Part shown: in pieces, positions 20,432 to 29,940 of the stretch
Layout of the letters: each line of letters starts with the position of its first letter
How positions within the stretch are numbered: the stretch's first letter is position 1
Assembly: GCA_963749075.1 (NCBI GenBank)
Contig: CAVVLJ010000016.1
Location: 192,001 to 256,000 of the forward strand
DNA from: an uncultured Pseudomonadota bacterium
GTDB lineage: Bacteria > Pseudomonadota > Alphaproteobacteria > JACZXZ01
Direction: 5' to 3'
Length of the DNA: 64,000 nt
Notes under the pieces: generated by a model
What the model was told of the DNA's origin: nothing
Seen by the model: the letters and a program-made list of their open reading frames with translations, nothing else
Databases searched by the model: none
Position numbers and translations under genes: made by a program

Positions 20432-21775
20432 GTGACAGCGATCACCTCTCGACCGCGGACTTCCGCGAGGAAGGCTGCCGCCGCCGAAACCGCCCTCGGC
20501 TACCAGGCCGGCTTCGGCAACGAGCATGCGAGCGAGGCCCTGCCCGGCAGCTTGCCCGAGGGTCAGAACTCGCCCCAGGTGCTGCCCCGCGGCCTTTATG
20601 CGGAGCAGCTCTCGGGCACCCCCTTCACGGCACCCCGCGCCGCGAACCGGCGCAGCTGGCTCTACCGCATCCGTCCCGCGGCGATGCACGGCGCGTTCCG
20701 CCGCATCGACAACCGCCTCTTTGCCAGCGCCCCCTTCGGCGACGCGGCGCCGCCGCCCGACCGGCTGCGCTGGAATCCCCTGCCGTTCCCGGAGGCGCCG
20801 ACCGACTTCGTCGACGGCCTCGCGACCATCGCCGGCAACGGCGATGCGGGCGGGCGCCTGGGCGTCGCCATCCACCTCTACCGCGCGACGGCGCCGATGG
20901 CCGGCCGCCTCTTCTACGATGCCGACGGCGAGCTCCTCATCGTGCCGCAGACGGGACGGCTGCGCCTGGCTACGGAGCTCGGCCTCATCGAGGCGGGCCC
21001 CGGCGAGATCGCCGTCATTCCGCGCGGCATCAAGTTCCGCGTCGAGCTCCCGGACGGCAAGTCGCGCGGCTACGTGTGCGAGAACTACGGCGCCCTTTTC
21101 CGCCTGCCCGAGCTCGGCCCGATCGGCGCCAACGGCCTGGCGAACGCGCGCGACTTCCTCTATCCGGTCGCCGCCTTCGAGGATCGCGACGAGGCGACGG
21201 AGGTCGTAGCCAAGTTCGAGGGCAATCTCTGGGCCGCCGATTTCGGCCACTCGCCGCTCGACGTGGTGGCCTGGCACGGCAATTACGCGCCCTACAAATA
21301 CGATCTAGCACTCTTCAATACGATCGGCACGGTGAGCTACGACCATCCCGATCCCTCGCTCCTCACGGTGCTGACCTCGCCCTCCGAGGTGCCCGGCACC
21401 GCCAATTGCGACTTCGTCGTCTTCCCGCCGCGCTGGATGGTGGCCGAGCACAGCTTCCGTCCGCCCTGGTTCCACCGCAACGTCATGAGCGAGTTCATGG
21501 GCCTCGTCCACGGCGTCTACGACGCCAAGGTAGCGGGCTTTCTGCCGGGCGGCGCCTCGCTGCACAACTGCATGTCCGGGCACGGCCCCGACGCCGCCAC
21601 TTTCGCGAAGGCGACCGCCGCGGCACTCGAGCCGCACAAGATCGAGAACACCCTCGCCTTCATGTTCGAGACCCGGCTCGTCATGCGCCCGACGCGCTGG
21701 GCGCTCGAGAGCGCCATGCGGCAGAAGGATTACGATTCGGTCTGGCTCGGCTTCCGCAAGCTCTTCAAGGGCTGA
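20432..21775 (+). CDS. hmgA: Homogentisate 1,2-dioxygenase
   Basis: [44 protein letters not shown]. Confidence 0.95.
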   Translation: MTAITSRPRTSARKAAAAETALGYQAGFGNEHASEALPGSLPEGQNSPQVLPRGLYAEQLSGTPFTAPRAANRRSWLYRIRPAAMHGAFRRIDNRLFASAPFGDAAPPPDRLRWNPLPFPEAPTDFVDGLATIAGNGDAGGRLGVAIHLYRATAPMAGRLFYDADGELLIVPQTGRLRLATELGLIEAGPGEIAVIPRGIKFRVELPDGKSRGYVCENYGALFRLPELGPIGANGLANARDFLYPVAAFEDRDEATEVVAKFEGNLWAADFGHSPLDVVAWHGNYAPYKYDLALFNTIGTVSYDHPDPSLLTVLTSPSEVPGTANCDFVVFPPRWMVAEHSFRPPWFHRNVMSEFMGLVHGVYDAKVAGFLPGGASLHNCMSGHGPDAATFAKATAAALEPHKIENTLAFMFETRLVMRPTRWALESAMRQKDYDSVWLGFRKLFKG

Positions 21776-21795
21776 GCGGCGAAGCGAGGGGGATC

Positions 21796-22725
21796 ATGAA
21801 CATCGAGAGGGGCAAGAGGGCGAAGCGGGAGAAGCAGGGCGCGCCGCGCGCCGTACAGGCCGCGCGGCCCCGGCGCAGCCGCGGCCCCGACGGGACCTCG
21901 AGCGTCATCTGGCTCGGCACCGACAGCTCGCCGCGCCGCGATCTCTATGCCTGGTTCCTCACGCTGCCCTGGCGCGGCGTCCTCGGCCTCCTGGCCGGCG
22001 CCTATCTCCTCAGCAACGCGCTCTTCGCCCTCATCTACCTCGCCGACCCTGGCGGCATCGGCAACGCGCGGCCCGACAGCTTCGCCGACGCCTTCTTCTT
22101 CAGCGTCCAGACCATGGCGACCATCGGCTACGGCAACATGTATCCGGCGACGCTCTTCGCCAACATGGTGGTGACCGCCGAGACGATCATCGGTCTGCTC
22201 TCCTTCGCACTCATCACCGGCCTCCTCTTCACCCGCTTCTCGCGCCCGAGCGCCCGCGTGCTCTTCAGCAACGTCGCCGTCGTCGCCCGCTATGACGGCG
22301 TTCCGACCCTCATCTTCCGCATGGCCAACGAGCGGCGCAACGTCATCCTCCAGGCCGAGGTGCGCGTGACCCTGCTGCGCTCCGAGACGACGGAGGAAGG
22401 CACCGAGATCCAGCGCCAGCGCGACCTCAAGCTCATGCGCCACCAAAGCTCGTTCTTCGGCCTCTCCTGGATGGTCGCCCATCCGATCGATGCGGAGAGC
22501 CCGCTCAAGGGCGAGACGGCCGAATCGCTTCGCCAGTGCAAGGCGGTGATCGGCGTCCTCCTCGCCGGCACGGACGAGACGCTCGGCCAGACGGTGCACG
22601 CGCGCTACACCTACCCGGCTGAGCGCATCCTCTGGGGCCGCCGTTTCGTCAACGTCCTCGGGCTCACTCCCGAGGGCGAGCGCATCATCGACCTGCGGCA
22701 CTTCCACGAGACGGTGCCGGCATAG
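21796..22725 (+). CDS. Inward-rectifier potassium channel (KirBac)
   Basis: FFFSVQTMATIGYG selectivity filter; FTRFSRP; HPIDAESPL. Confidence 0.9.
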   Translation: MNIERGKRAKREKQGAPRAVQAARPRRSRGPDGTSSVIWLGTDSSPRRDLYAWFLTLPWRGVLGLLAGAYLLSNALFALIYLADPGGIGNARPDSFADAFFFSVQTMATIGYGNMYPATLFANMVVTAETIIGLLSFALITGLLFTRFSRPSARVLFSNVAVVARYDGVPTLIFRMANERRNVILQAEVRVTLLRSETTEEGTEIQRQRDLKLMRHQSSFFGLSWMVAHPIDAESPLKGETAESLRQCKAVIGVLLAGTDETLGQTVHARYTYPAERILWGRRFVNVLGLTPEGERIIDLRHFHETVPA

Positions 22726-22789
22726 ACTCGCGAGCGAGCGATGGTCGATAAGCGATCCAGCCAGAGGCTGAAATTCAATCCGAGGTAAA

Positions 22790-23260
22790 ATGATGCCGGC
22801 TGCACAAAAATCGTTCCTCTGCGTGGTGAGCCTTCTCGTGCTTTGCGCCTTCGGCGGGGATCCGGACTGTGCAAGCGACGAAATCAAAAATACGGTCATA
22901 AAGATCGTGAAGGACAACCCGCCGGCGCAAATGCTGACCAAGGCCGGACAATCTTGGTATGCGAAACAGAAGCAAGAGATTGAAAAGGAATGCGGCAAGA
23001 CCGTTACCGACGAGTGCCACCGCGCGGCGAGCGAAGAGCTGGCCGGACGACAGCGTCTGATGGACCGCGCTGCAACTTACAACATCGATAACATCAGCAT
23101 GACGAACAGCAACGAGGCGACAGGCGCAGTCTCATGTACGGCGGATTTGCATGTCGTCCTGCCGGAATATTGGGGTAGAGGCAGCGAGCCCGTCACCTAC
23201 CTGGTCGAAAAGCTTCAGGACGGGCACGGGTTCAACGTGACGCTTCGTGGCTTGCAATAG
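22790..23260 (+). CDS. Hypothetical exported protein, lower GC
   Basis: N-terminal hydrophobic stretch; AT-richer codons; fills the intergenic gap. Confidence 0.6.
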   Translation: MMPAAQKSFLCVVSLLVLCAFGGDPDCASDEIKNTVIKIVKDNPPAQMLTKAGQSWYAKQKQEIEKECGKTVTDECHRAASEELAGRQRLMDRAATYNIDNISMTNSNEATGAVSCTADLHVVLPEYWGRGSEPVTYLVEKLQDGHGFNVTLRGLQ

Positions 23261-23277
23261 CCGGCCATGATCTGCCC

Positions 23278-23468
23278 CGTCCGCCTCGAGGTTAGTTGAT
23301 GCACGCATTTCGAGGACGCTTGCAGTACCGTCGTGCGTCCTTCAAGACGCACCCCTTCGGGGTGCTCCTCAGGATGAGACGTAATCGTGCGTGGTAGAAA
23401 GACTTCATCTCATCCGGAGGAGCGAGCGAAAGCGAGCGTCTCGAAGGACCCGCCGCGGCCGGTCCGAG
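23278..23468. repeat. Dispersed repeat family B (CTCAGGATGAG...CTCATCCnGAGGAG...GTCTCGAAGGAC), copy 1
   Basis: Similar along ~190 bp to 45626-45817; internal inverted repeats. Confidence 0.8.
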
Positions 23469-23502
23469 GCCCCTTTTGCTGGGCGGGGAGTTTTCTCCTG
23501 CC

Positions 23503-24351
23503 TCAGGTGCCGACCTTGAGCGTCGCGGTAAGGCCGCGGAGAGCGGCGATGGCGCTCAGCGCAGTGATGCGGCCGGTGCGCGGGTTCTCGTCGGAGGGCA
23601 CGTTCTCGATGCTCATCGAGAAGCGCGCGCTGTCGGCGACCACCTCGATTGAGTGGGTGTTGCGCGTGAGGCCGGGATCGGCCCAGATCTCGAGGGTGGT
23701 CGCATCGGGGCCGATGCCGGCGAGGCTCAAGGCCGCGGCCACGTTGACGTTCGCCGGGAAGCCGCGCGCGCCTTCCCTCGCACTGCCCTCGAAGAGCTTG
23801 AGCGGCCCGTTGAGCCCGGCGAGCGAGATGCCGCGCTCGACGAGATAGGGTGCACCCTCGAGCCCCTTGGGCGGCTTGCGCGTCACCATGCGCACGGATG
23901 CTATCCTGCCCTCGGCGGCGGCGCGCACCGCGTCGAGCCCGATGAGCGCCCCCGTCGGCACCAGGATGCGGGCACCTGTCGCGCGCGCGCGCTCCACGAG
24001 CTCGGGATGTGCAAGGAGCGCGCCGACCGAGAGCGGCATGACGGTGCGCCCCGCCTCGAGCGCCGGCACCACCACCTCGAGGAACACGGCGGCGGGCGCG
24101 CATTCGACCACCACGTCGGCGAGCGCGGCGAGCTCGCCGAGCGCCACCACGGGCACCGGCAGCTGGAAGCCGGCCATGCGCGTCTTCGCCTTGTCGCGGT
24201 CGCGCGCGGAGACGGCAGCCAGGCGCAGCCCCGCAATGCCCGCATCGAGCCGCCGCGCGATCGCCGCGCCGATGGCACCGAAGCCGCCGATGGCGACGGC
24301 AAGCGTGCCGTTTTGCGCGGCAAGGTTTCGTTGCGATGATGGTGCCGTCAT
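23503..24351 (-). CDS. nadX: L-aspartate dehydrogenase
   Basis: GFGAIG, VVECA, SVGAL, GLDAVRAA, TRKPP, FPANVNVAA, ENPRT. Confidence 0.88.
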   Translation of the reverse strand: MTAPSSQRNLAAQNGTLAVAIGGFGAIGAAIARRLDAGIAGLRLAAVSARDRDKAKTRMAGFQLPVPVVALGELAALADVVVECAPAAVFLEVVVPALEAGRTVMPLSVGALLAHPELVERARATGARILVPTGALIGLDAVRAAAEGRIASVRMVTRKPPKGLEGAPYLVERGISLAGLNGPLKLFEGSAREGARGFPANVNVAAALSLAGIGPDATTLEIWADPGLTRNTHSIEVVADSARFSMSIENVPSDENPRTGRITALSAIAALRGLTATLKVGT

Positions 24352-24479
24352 GGGCGAGGCCGCATGGATCCGTGGAGCCGCGATCTTAAGAGGAAGGCGG
24401 CGGCATTTCGAGAAATATTCCGACGTTGGGTAGCCGGCGGCCTGCTAACATGCGGGCATCGGAGGGGGAAGGTCGTGCC

Positions 24480-25046
24480 ATGATCCACTTGCCGCGAGGC
24501 CTGCCCGAGCACTCCGGACGGCTCCTCGTTCTCCTATTGCTGATTTGCGCGGTCGCCGGCTGCTACCAGACCGGCGAGGAGATCTTCGCAGCGAGCGACG
24601 CGCGCCTCGTTCCCGGGCTCGAAGGCCGCTATGGCGGAGACGGAGGCGGGCTCACCATCTTCCGCGTGCCGGGTACCGACGATTACCGCTTCATCATGGT
24701 TCCCAAGGACAACGAGGCGCCCGGCTCCGGCAGCTTCCGCGTCATGGATCTGAGCCCGGACGTCAAGCTCGTCCAGACGCATCTCGACAAGGACCCGGCG
24801 AACCTCTTCGATTTCGTGCTCGACAAGGTGACCGCGCAAGGCGGCCGCGTCGTCGCCATCGAGACGCTCGAGGTCAAAGGCGAGGATGCGGAGGCTCAGG
24901 AAAAGGCCCTGGCGAGCCGCTTCGGCGTCACGCTCGGCAAATTCGGCGCGCTCACGGGACCGCGGACTGGAGTGGCGCAGTTTCTCCTCGCTCTCGGCCG
25001 CATCCCCCTTGCGTCGAGCGGAAAGACATTCGCCCGCATCGATTGA
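24480..25046 (+). CDS. Hypothetical lipoprotein
   Basis: Hydrophobic signal with lipobox VAGC. Confidence 0.6.
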   Translation: MIHLPRGLPEHSGRLLVLLLLICAVAGCYQTGEEIFAASDARLVPGLEGRYGGDGGGLTIFRVPGTDDYRFIMVPKDNEAPGSGSFRVMDLSPDVKLVQTHLDKDPANLFDFVLDKVTAQGGRVVAIETLEVKGEDAEAQEKALASRFGVTLGKFGALTGPRTGVAQFLLALGRIPLASSGKTFARID

Positions 25047-25074
25047 GCGCGCGCCGCCGTGCGGCCACAGCCGC

Positions 25075-26229
25075 TCATTTCCTTGCAATCTCGTAGCCGA
25101 ACGGCGTCAGCACCTCGCGGCCCGCTTCCGTCACCAGCAGGGTCTCGCTGAAGACGGCGCCCCCGAGGCCGGCGAGCTTGAGGTCCGGGATGAGGTGGAA
25201 GACCATGCCGGGCTCGAGCACCGTGGCGTCGCCCGCCTTGATGCTCTGGATGCGGCCCTCGCCCCAGTCGGGCGGATAGCCGAGGCCGACCGAATAGCCG
25301 GTGCGGTGCTTGAAGGCCTCGGCCAGGCCGGCACGCCGGATGAGGTCGCGCGCGGCGAAATCGACCTCGCCCGAGGTGGCGCCCGGCCGCACCGCCTCGC
25401 GCGCGGCGGCGAGCGCATCGCGCGACACCTCGGCCATGCGCTCGAGCCGCGCGTCCGGCCGGCCGACCAGCACCGTGCGCGAGATCATGGCGTGGTAGCG
25501 CAGCCAGACCCCACCCATCTCCATATAGACGCAATCGTTCGCGGCGATCTGCCGGCGGCCCCAGCTCTCGAAGGAGAGGCCCGCCTCGCTGCCGCCAACG
25601 ATCTGGAAGGAGTGGCCGAGATATTCCGAGCCGGCGGCGAAGAGCGCGCGCGACGCCTCGGCCGCGATCAAGTGGTCGTGAGTTCCGGCGCGGGTCGCCT
25701 CGACGGCGGCCGCGAGCGAGGCCACCGCGGCGGCCGCGGCCTGCCTGATATAGGCGATCTCCTCGGGGACCTTGCGCAAGCGCACGGCCTCGATGATGCC
25801 CGAGCCGTCGAGGAGCTCCTCTCGGCCGAGGCGCGCTGAGACGTGCTGGTAGTGCGCCACGGAGAGGAACCAGGCGTCGTTCTGGTTGGCGATGCGCAGC
25901 TTGTCGAGCCCGTATTTCGCGAGCACGCGCAGGCTCGCCTCGGCGGGGCTCTCGAGGTCGTCCCAGCCCTCGACGCGCTCGAGGCAGGAGTACATTGAGG
26001 CCTTGTCGGTGTTGAGCGCGCGCGTGAGGAAGATCATCTCGCCCTCGAGCGGCACGATGAGGAGCTGATAGGTGAAGTAGCCCATCGAATCATAGCCGGT
26101 CAGGTAATAGATGTTCTCCGGAACGGCGGTCAGCAGCACCTCGATGCCCTTCGCCGCCATGCCCCGGCGGACGCCGGCAAGCCGTCTTTCGAACTCGGCG
26201 CGCGCGAAGGGGAGGGGAAACTTCGTCAT
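25075..26229 (-). CDS. M24 family hydrolase (Xaa-Pro peptidase / ectoine hydrolase DoeA-like)
   Basis: [42 protein letters not shown]. Confidence 0.8.
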   Translation of the reverse strand: MTKFPLPFARAEFERRLAGVRRGMAAKGIEVLLTAVPENIYYLTGYDSMGYFTYQLLIVPLEGEMIFLTRALNTDKASMYSCLERVEGWDDLESPAEASLRVLAKYGLDKLRIANQNDAWFLSVAHYQHVSARLGREELLDGSGIIEAVRLRKVPEEIAYIRQAAAAAVASLAAAVEATRAGTHDHLIAAEASRALFAAGSEYLGHSFQIVGGSEAGLSFESWGRRQIAANDCVYMEMGGVWLRYHAMISRTVLVGRPDARLERMAEVSRDALAAAREAVRPGATSGEVDFAARDLIRRAGLAEAFKHRTGYSVGLGYPPDWGEGRIQSIKAGDATVLEPGMVFHLIPDLKLAGLGGAVFSETLLVTEAGREVLTPFGYEIARK

Positions 26230-26343
26230 GACGGGCCTTGGCGGTCGGAGGGACGGGCAGGAGGTTCGGCGCCGGGACGGAGGTTGAACGAAGCGGCGCA
26301 GGCTGGCAAGGTGCCGTTCAGGGGCCGAGCGCCGGGCATCGCC

Positions 26344-27564
26344 ATGTGGGACCGCATCTGGATCGACCTTCGACTCGCCACCATGGAGCCGGGAGCAGCA
26401 CCCTATGGCGCCGTGCACGACGCAGCACTCGCGGTCGAGGGCGGCCGCATCGCCTTCGCGGGTCCACTTGCGGAGCTTCCGGGACGGCCGAAGAGGCTCG
26501 CCCGCGAGGTGATCGACGGGCAAGGCCGCTGGATGACGCCGGGCCTCATCGACTGCCATACGCACATCGTCTTCGCGGGCGACCGCGCCGAGGAGTTCGA
26601 GCTGCGCCTCAAGGGTGCGAGCTACGAGGAGATCGCGCGGCAGGGCGGCGGCATCCGCTCGACCGTCGCCAAGACGCGCGCGGCCTCCGAGGAGGCGCTT
26701 TTCGCCTCGGCGCGGGAGCGCCTGGCCTGCCTGATGGCGGAGGGGCTGACCACCGTCGAGATCAAGTCGGGCTACGGGCTCTCGAGCGAGAGCGAGATGA
26801 AGATGCTGCGCGTGGCCCGCCGGCTCGGCCGCGAGCTGCCGCTCGACGTGGCGACGAGCTTTCTCGGCGCGCATGCGCTGCCGCCCGAGTACGAGGGTCG
26901 GCAACCGGACTACGTCGAGCTCGTGGTGCGCGAGATGATCCCGGCGGTCGCGGCGGCCGGGCTTGCCGACGCGGTCGATGCCTTCTGCGAGCGCATCGCT
27001 TTCACGCCGCGGGAGACGGCGGCGGTCTTCGCGGCGGCGCGCGGCTCAGGCCTCCCGGTCAAGCTCCACGCCGACCAGCTCTCGGACACCGGCGGCGGCG
27101 CGCTCGCCGCGCGCTTCGCGGCACTCTCCGCCGATCATCTCGAGCACTGCTCCGAGGCGAGCGTCGCCGCCATGGCAGGCGCCGGCACGGTGGCCGTGCT
27201 GCTGCCCGGCGCCTTCTACTTCCTTCGCGAGCGGAAGCTGCCGCCGATCGAGGCCTTCCGCCGCCATGGCGTGGCGATGGCGCTGGCGAGCGACTGCAAC
27301 CCCGGCTCCTCGCCGCTGCTCTCGCTGCTCCTCGTGCTCAACATGGCCGCAACGCTCTTCCGCCTGACGCCGGAGGAGGCGCTCGCTGGCCTGACGCGCG
27401 CCGCGGCCCAGGCCCTCGGGCTCGGCCAGGACCGCGGACGGCTCGGCGTAGGGCTTCGCGCCGATCTCGCATTGTGGGACATAGGCCATCCCGCCGAGCT
27501 CGCCTATTGGATCGGGCGCAACCCCTCTGCCGGCGTCGTCAAGGACGGCGTGCCGCGGACGTGA
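26344..27564 (+). CDS. hutI: Imidazolonepropionase
   Basis: [39 protein letters not shown]. Confidence 0.93.
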   Translation: MWDRIWIDLRLATMEPGAAPYGAVHDAALAVEGGRIAFAGPLAELPGRPKRLAREVIDGQGRWMTPGLIDCHTHIVFAGDRAEEFELRLKGASYEEIARQGGGIRSTVAKTRAASEEALFASARERLACLMAEGLTTVEIKSGYGLSSESEMKMLRVARRLGRELPLDVATSFLGAHALPPEYEGRQPDYVELVVREMIPAVAAAGLADAVDAFCERIAFTPRETAAVFAAARGSGLPVKLHADQLSDTGGGALAARFAALSADHLEHCSEASVAAMAGAGTVAVLLPGAFYFLRERKLPPIEAFRRHGVAMALASDCNPGSSPLLSLLLVLNMAATLFRLTPEEALAGLTRAAAQALGLGQDRGRLGVGLRADLALWDIGHPAELAYWIGRNPSAGVVKDGVPRT

Positions 27565-27785
27565 GGAGGTTGAAACGGATCAGGAAGAGTGCGCGCCTGC
27601 TGCTGCACCTTTTGCGTCCCCCAGGTCCAAGCTCGCCGGGCAATGCGAAAGCATCGACATTCTTACACCACGCCCCGGAACACGATCCGCTCCCGCTTCA
27701 AGGGATCGCCCGTGCAGGAGGGAAGTGCTCTGCGTCGAAGGCTTGTGTCGGATTGAATCGCTTTGAAGGCCATCGCGCGAAGCGC

Positions 27786-27827
27786 TGCGGCGTAGGGGGA
27801 GCCCTTTAGGGCTCCCCCTACGCCGCA
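27786..27827. repeat. Perfect 20-bp palindrome, GTAG-type REP-like
   Basis: TGCGGCGTAGGGGGAGCCCT-TT-AGGGCTCCCCCTACGCCGCA, 4 nt before CRISPR repeat 1. Confidence 0.85.
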
Positions 27828-27831
27828 ACTG

Positions 27832-28601
27832 GCTGCGGTTTGCGGCCGATCCTCGATTTGCTACAGTCAATGTAGATGTGCGCCCGGCCGAGAGCCGCTG
27901 CGGTTTGCGGCCGATCCTCGATTTGCTACAGTCGCGACGTCGTGAGCCGGCGTGCCCGACGTCGCTGCGGTTTGCGGCCGATCCTCGATTTGCTACAGTC
28001 TCGCAGCATCGCGCGCGCCGGCTGACGGCGCTGCGGTTTGCGGCCGATCCTCGATTTGCTACAGTCTGCAGCTCGCATGGCAGCCGCGATCGACGCGCTG
28101 CGGTTTGCGGCCGATCCTCGATTTGCTACAGTGCACTCGCCGCAGCCTCGCCGATGCGTCACGGCTGCGGTTTGCGGCCGATCCTCGATTTGCTACAGTC
28201 GCAGCCCGCGTCGCCAGCGCTGGTCGTCCGCTGCGGTTTGCGGCCGATCCTCGATTTGCTACAGTCATCGCCGGCAGCCATCGTGCGAGACCGCTGGCTG
28301 CGGTTTGCGGCCGATCCTCGATTTGCTACAGTGCGTCGACGCGGCGGCACCGTGCGATGGCCGCGCTGCGGTTTGCGGCCGATCCTCGATTTGCTACAGT
28401 GCGCCGTGCGCGCATGCCGAGCGCGCCGCCGGCTGCGGTTTGCGGCCGATCCTCGATTTGCTACAGTCGGCTCGCGTCGCGAGCGCCTGCGGCACGTCGC
28501 TGCGGTTTGCGGCCGATCCTCGATTTGCTACAGTCGCCGAGCGCAGCGCCTCGCGCAGGCTAGCGGCTGCGGTTTGCGGCCGATCCTCGATTTGCTACAG
28601 T
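27832..28601 (+). CRISPR. Type II-C CRISPR array: 12 identical 36-nt repeats GCTGCGGTTTGCGGCCGATCCTCGATTTGCTACAGT, 11 spacers of 29-32 nt
   Basis: Repeats start at 27832, 27897, 27964, 28030, 28097, 28164, 28230, 28297, 28365, 28432, 28499, 28566; + orientation inferred from the tracrRNA anti-repeat and the 3' TGCTACAGT extended -10. Confidence 0.97.
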
Positions 28602-28649
28602 CTGCTCAGGATAACCCACTGATACAATGGTGGGTTTCCTGGGTGGCAG
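28602..28649. terminator. Hairpin between array and cas2 stop (leader / possible bidirectional terminator)
   Basis: CAGGATAACCCAC...GTGGGTTTCCTG imperfect stem between convergent units. Confidence 0.5.
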
Positions 28650-29003
28650 CTAGAAAAATTCAAGCTGGGCCGGCTGTGGCTGTGGCGGCTTCCGCTTTTT
28701 CCCCCAGAAAGTCCGTATTTTGGAGAATTGATTGTCGGTGATGACGACAAAGCTGACCTCTCCTTCCGGGGGGAGTTTTCGGCGCAGCCGCTCGATATGC
28801 ACTTCGGTGTTCTCAGTGCTGGCGCAGTGCCGATGGTAAACTGAATATTGCATCATCGAGAAACCATCGTCGAGTAAATCCTTGCGGAAGCGGGCATAGT
28901 GGCGTCGGTCTTCAGGCGCCGCTGTGGGGAGATCGAACATTGCAAGGACCCACATGGTCTTCCATCCGAGTGGCGATGCGGGAGCGCTAATCGGAGCGGT
29001 CAT
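28650..29003 (-). CDS. cas2: CRISPR-associated Cas2
   Basis: MWVLAMFDLP, FRKDLLDDGFSMMQYSVY, ITDNQF, QLEFF. Confidence 0.93.
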   Translation of the reverse strand: MTAPISAPASPLGWKTMWVLAMFDLPTAAPEDRRHYARFRKDLLDDGFSMMQYSVYHRHCASTENTEVHIERLRRKLPPEGEVSFVVITDNQFSKIRTFWGKKRKPPQPQPAQLEFF

Positions 29004-29940
29004 GGGCCAACTCCGAAGGACCGCTCAAGTCGAGATCGCCCTGATGCAGGAACAACGAGGCCGGCAGGTCGAAATCCGGCTTGCCGCTCTCGTAGCTGCG
29101 GGCGAGCGAGGCCGTTGTCTGGTGGATAGCCAAGCCGATCGGAGTCCGGTGGACACCGATCTCAATGGTCTCATTCAGGACCGAGAGCAAAGCTGCCTTG
29201 GCCGTCCGATCCAGCTCCGCGAGCGCATGCCCCGACCGAGCTAATTCCGACACCTTGATGTCGATGAACGGCCGGTAAGGCTCCATCAGATCGTCGGCTA
29301 GACAAAATGGATTTGACCGGTTGTGATGATGTAGCCCCAAGCTGGGAATGAGACCGCTGCCGACGATGGCTCGTCCGACGGCGGCACGAATGATGGCGTA
29401 GCCGTAGTTCAAAGCGCTATTTGGTCCTGTTGCGTCGCGGTCGCGGCGAAAGTCGGTGCCAAATAGGACCTTCCAATAACGTTGGGCCGCCTGCGCCTCA
29501 AGATTGTCTGGATCGCCCGACCGCACCCGAGCTGAAAGAGCCGACAATCCCTCGTCCTTTCCGGCGATTTCCTTGATCACGTCGGCCTGCCGGGCGATTT
29601 TGGCGCGGATGATGCGGGCCCAGGCTTGCTTCTTGAATGGGAGAGATGCTTCGATCTGGTGGTGATGGCGTTCCGTTTGCGTCGAATGGGCATCGATGGG
29701 AAGAAAGACCCCGGCTGGGTGATGGTCTCGCGAGCAAAGCACGACTGCGGCCCCGGCTTCCATCAACTCAGTGAAGACGGAGTGAGTGTACGTCACGGCG
29801 GGGTGATCGACGATGACGACGCCGATATCTTCGATGGGAACGGTTGTTGCCGGACCCTCGGTTCTTTCGATGACGAGCTGCCGATGGGCGATAGACAGAC
29901 GGGCAGGCCCGCTGGATATCTCGAGCGTCCGCTTAATCAT
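28987..29940 (-). CDS. cas1: Type II CRISPR-associated Cas1
   Basis: VPIEDIG, NLEAQAA, NSALNYGYAIIR, GLHHHN..FCLADDLMEPYRP; ATG overlaps cas9 stop. Confidence 0.95.
   Translation of the reverse strand: MIKRTLEISSGPARLSIAHRQLVIERTEGPATTVPIEDIGVVIVDHPAVTYTHSVFTELMEAGAAVVLCSRDHHPAGVFLPIDAHSTQTERHHHQIEASLPFKKQAWARIIRAKIARQADVIKEIAGKDEGLSALSARVRSGDPDNLEAQAAQRYWKVLFGTDFRRDRDATGPNSALNYGYAIIRAAVGRAIVGSGLIPSLGLHHHNRSNPFCLADDLMEPYRPFIDIKVSELARSGHALAELDRTAKAALLSVLNETIEIGVHRTPIGLAIHQTTASLARSYESGKPDFDLPASLFLHQGDLDLSGPSELAHDRSD

Noticed and set aside
26279-27575. GGAGGTTGAA direct repeat on both sides of hutI
   Set aside because: Only 10 nt, SD-like, with no other sign of mobility
27565-27785. Possible small ORF or anti-CRISPR between hutI and the array
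   Set aside because: No convincing start, codon bias or motif on either strand
27933-28565. Self-targeting by spacers 2-11
   Set aside because: No convincing match noticed by eye (not exhaustive), and these spacers may be artefactual
27878-28741. ORFs over the CRISPR array (LRFAADPRFATV repeats)
   Set aside because: Translations of the repeats, not genes
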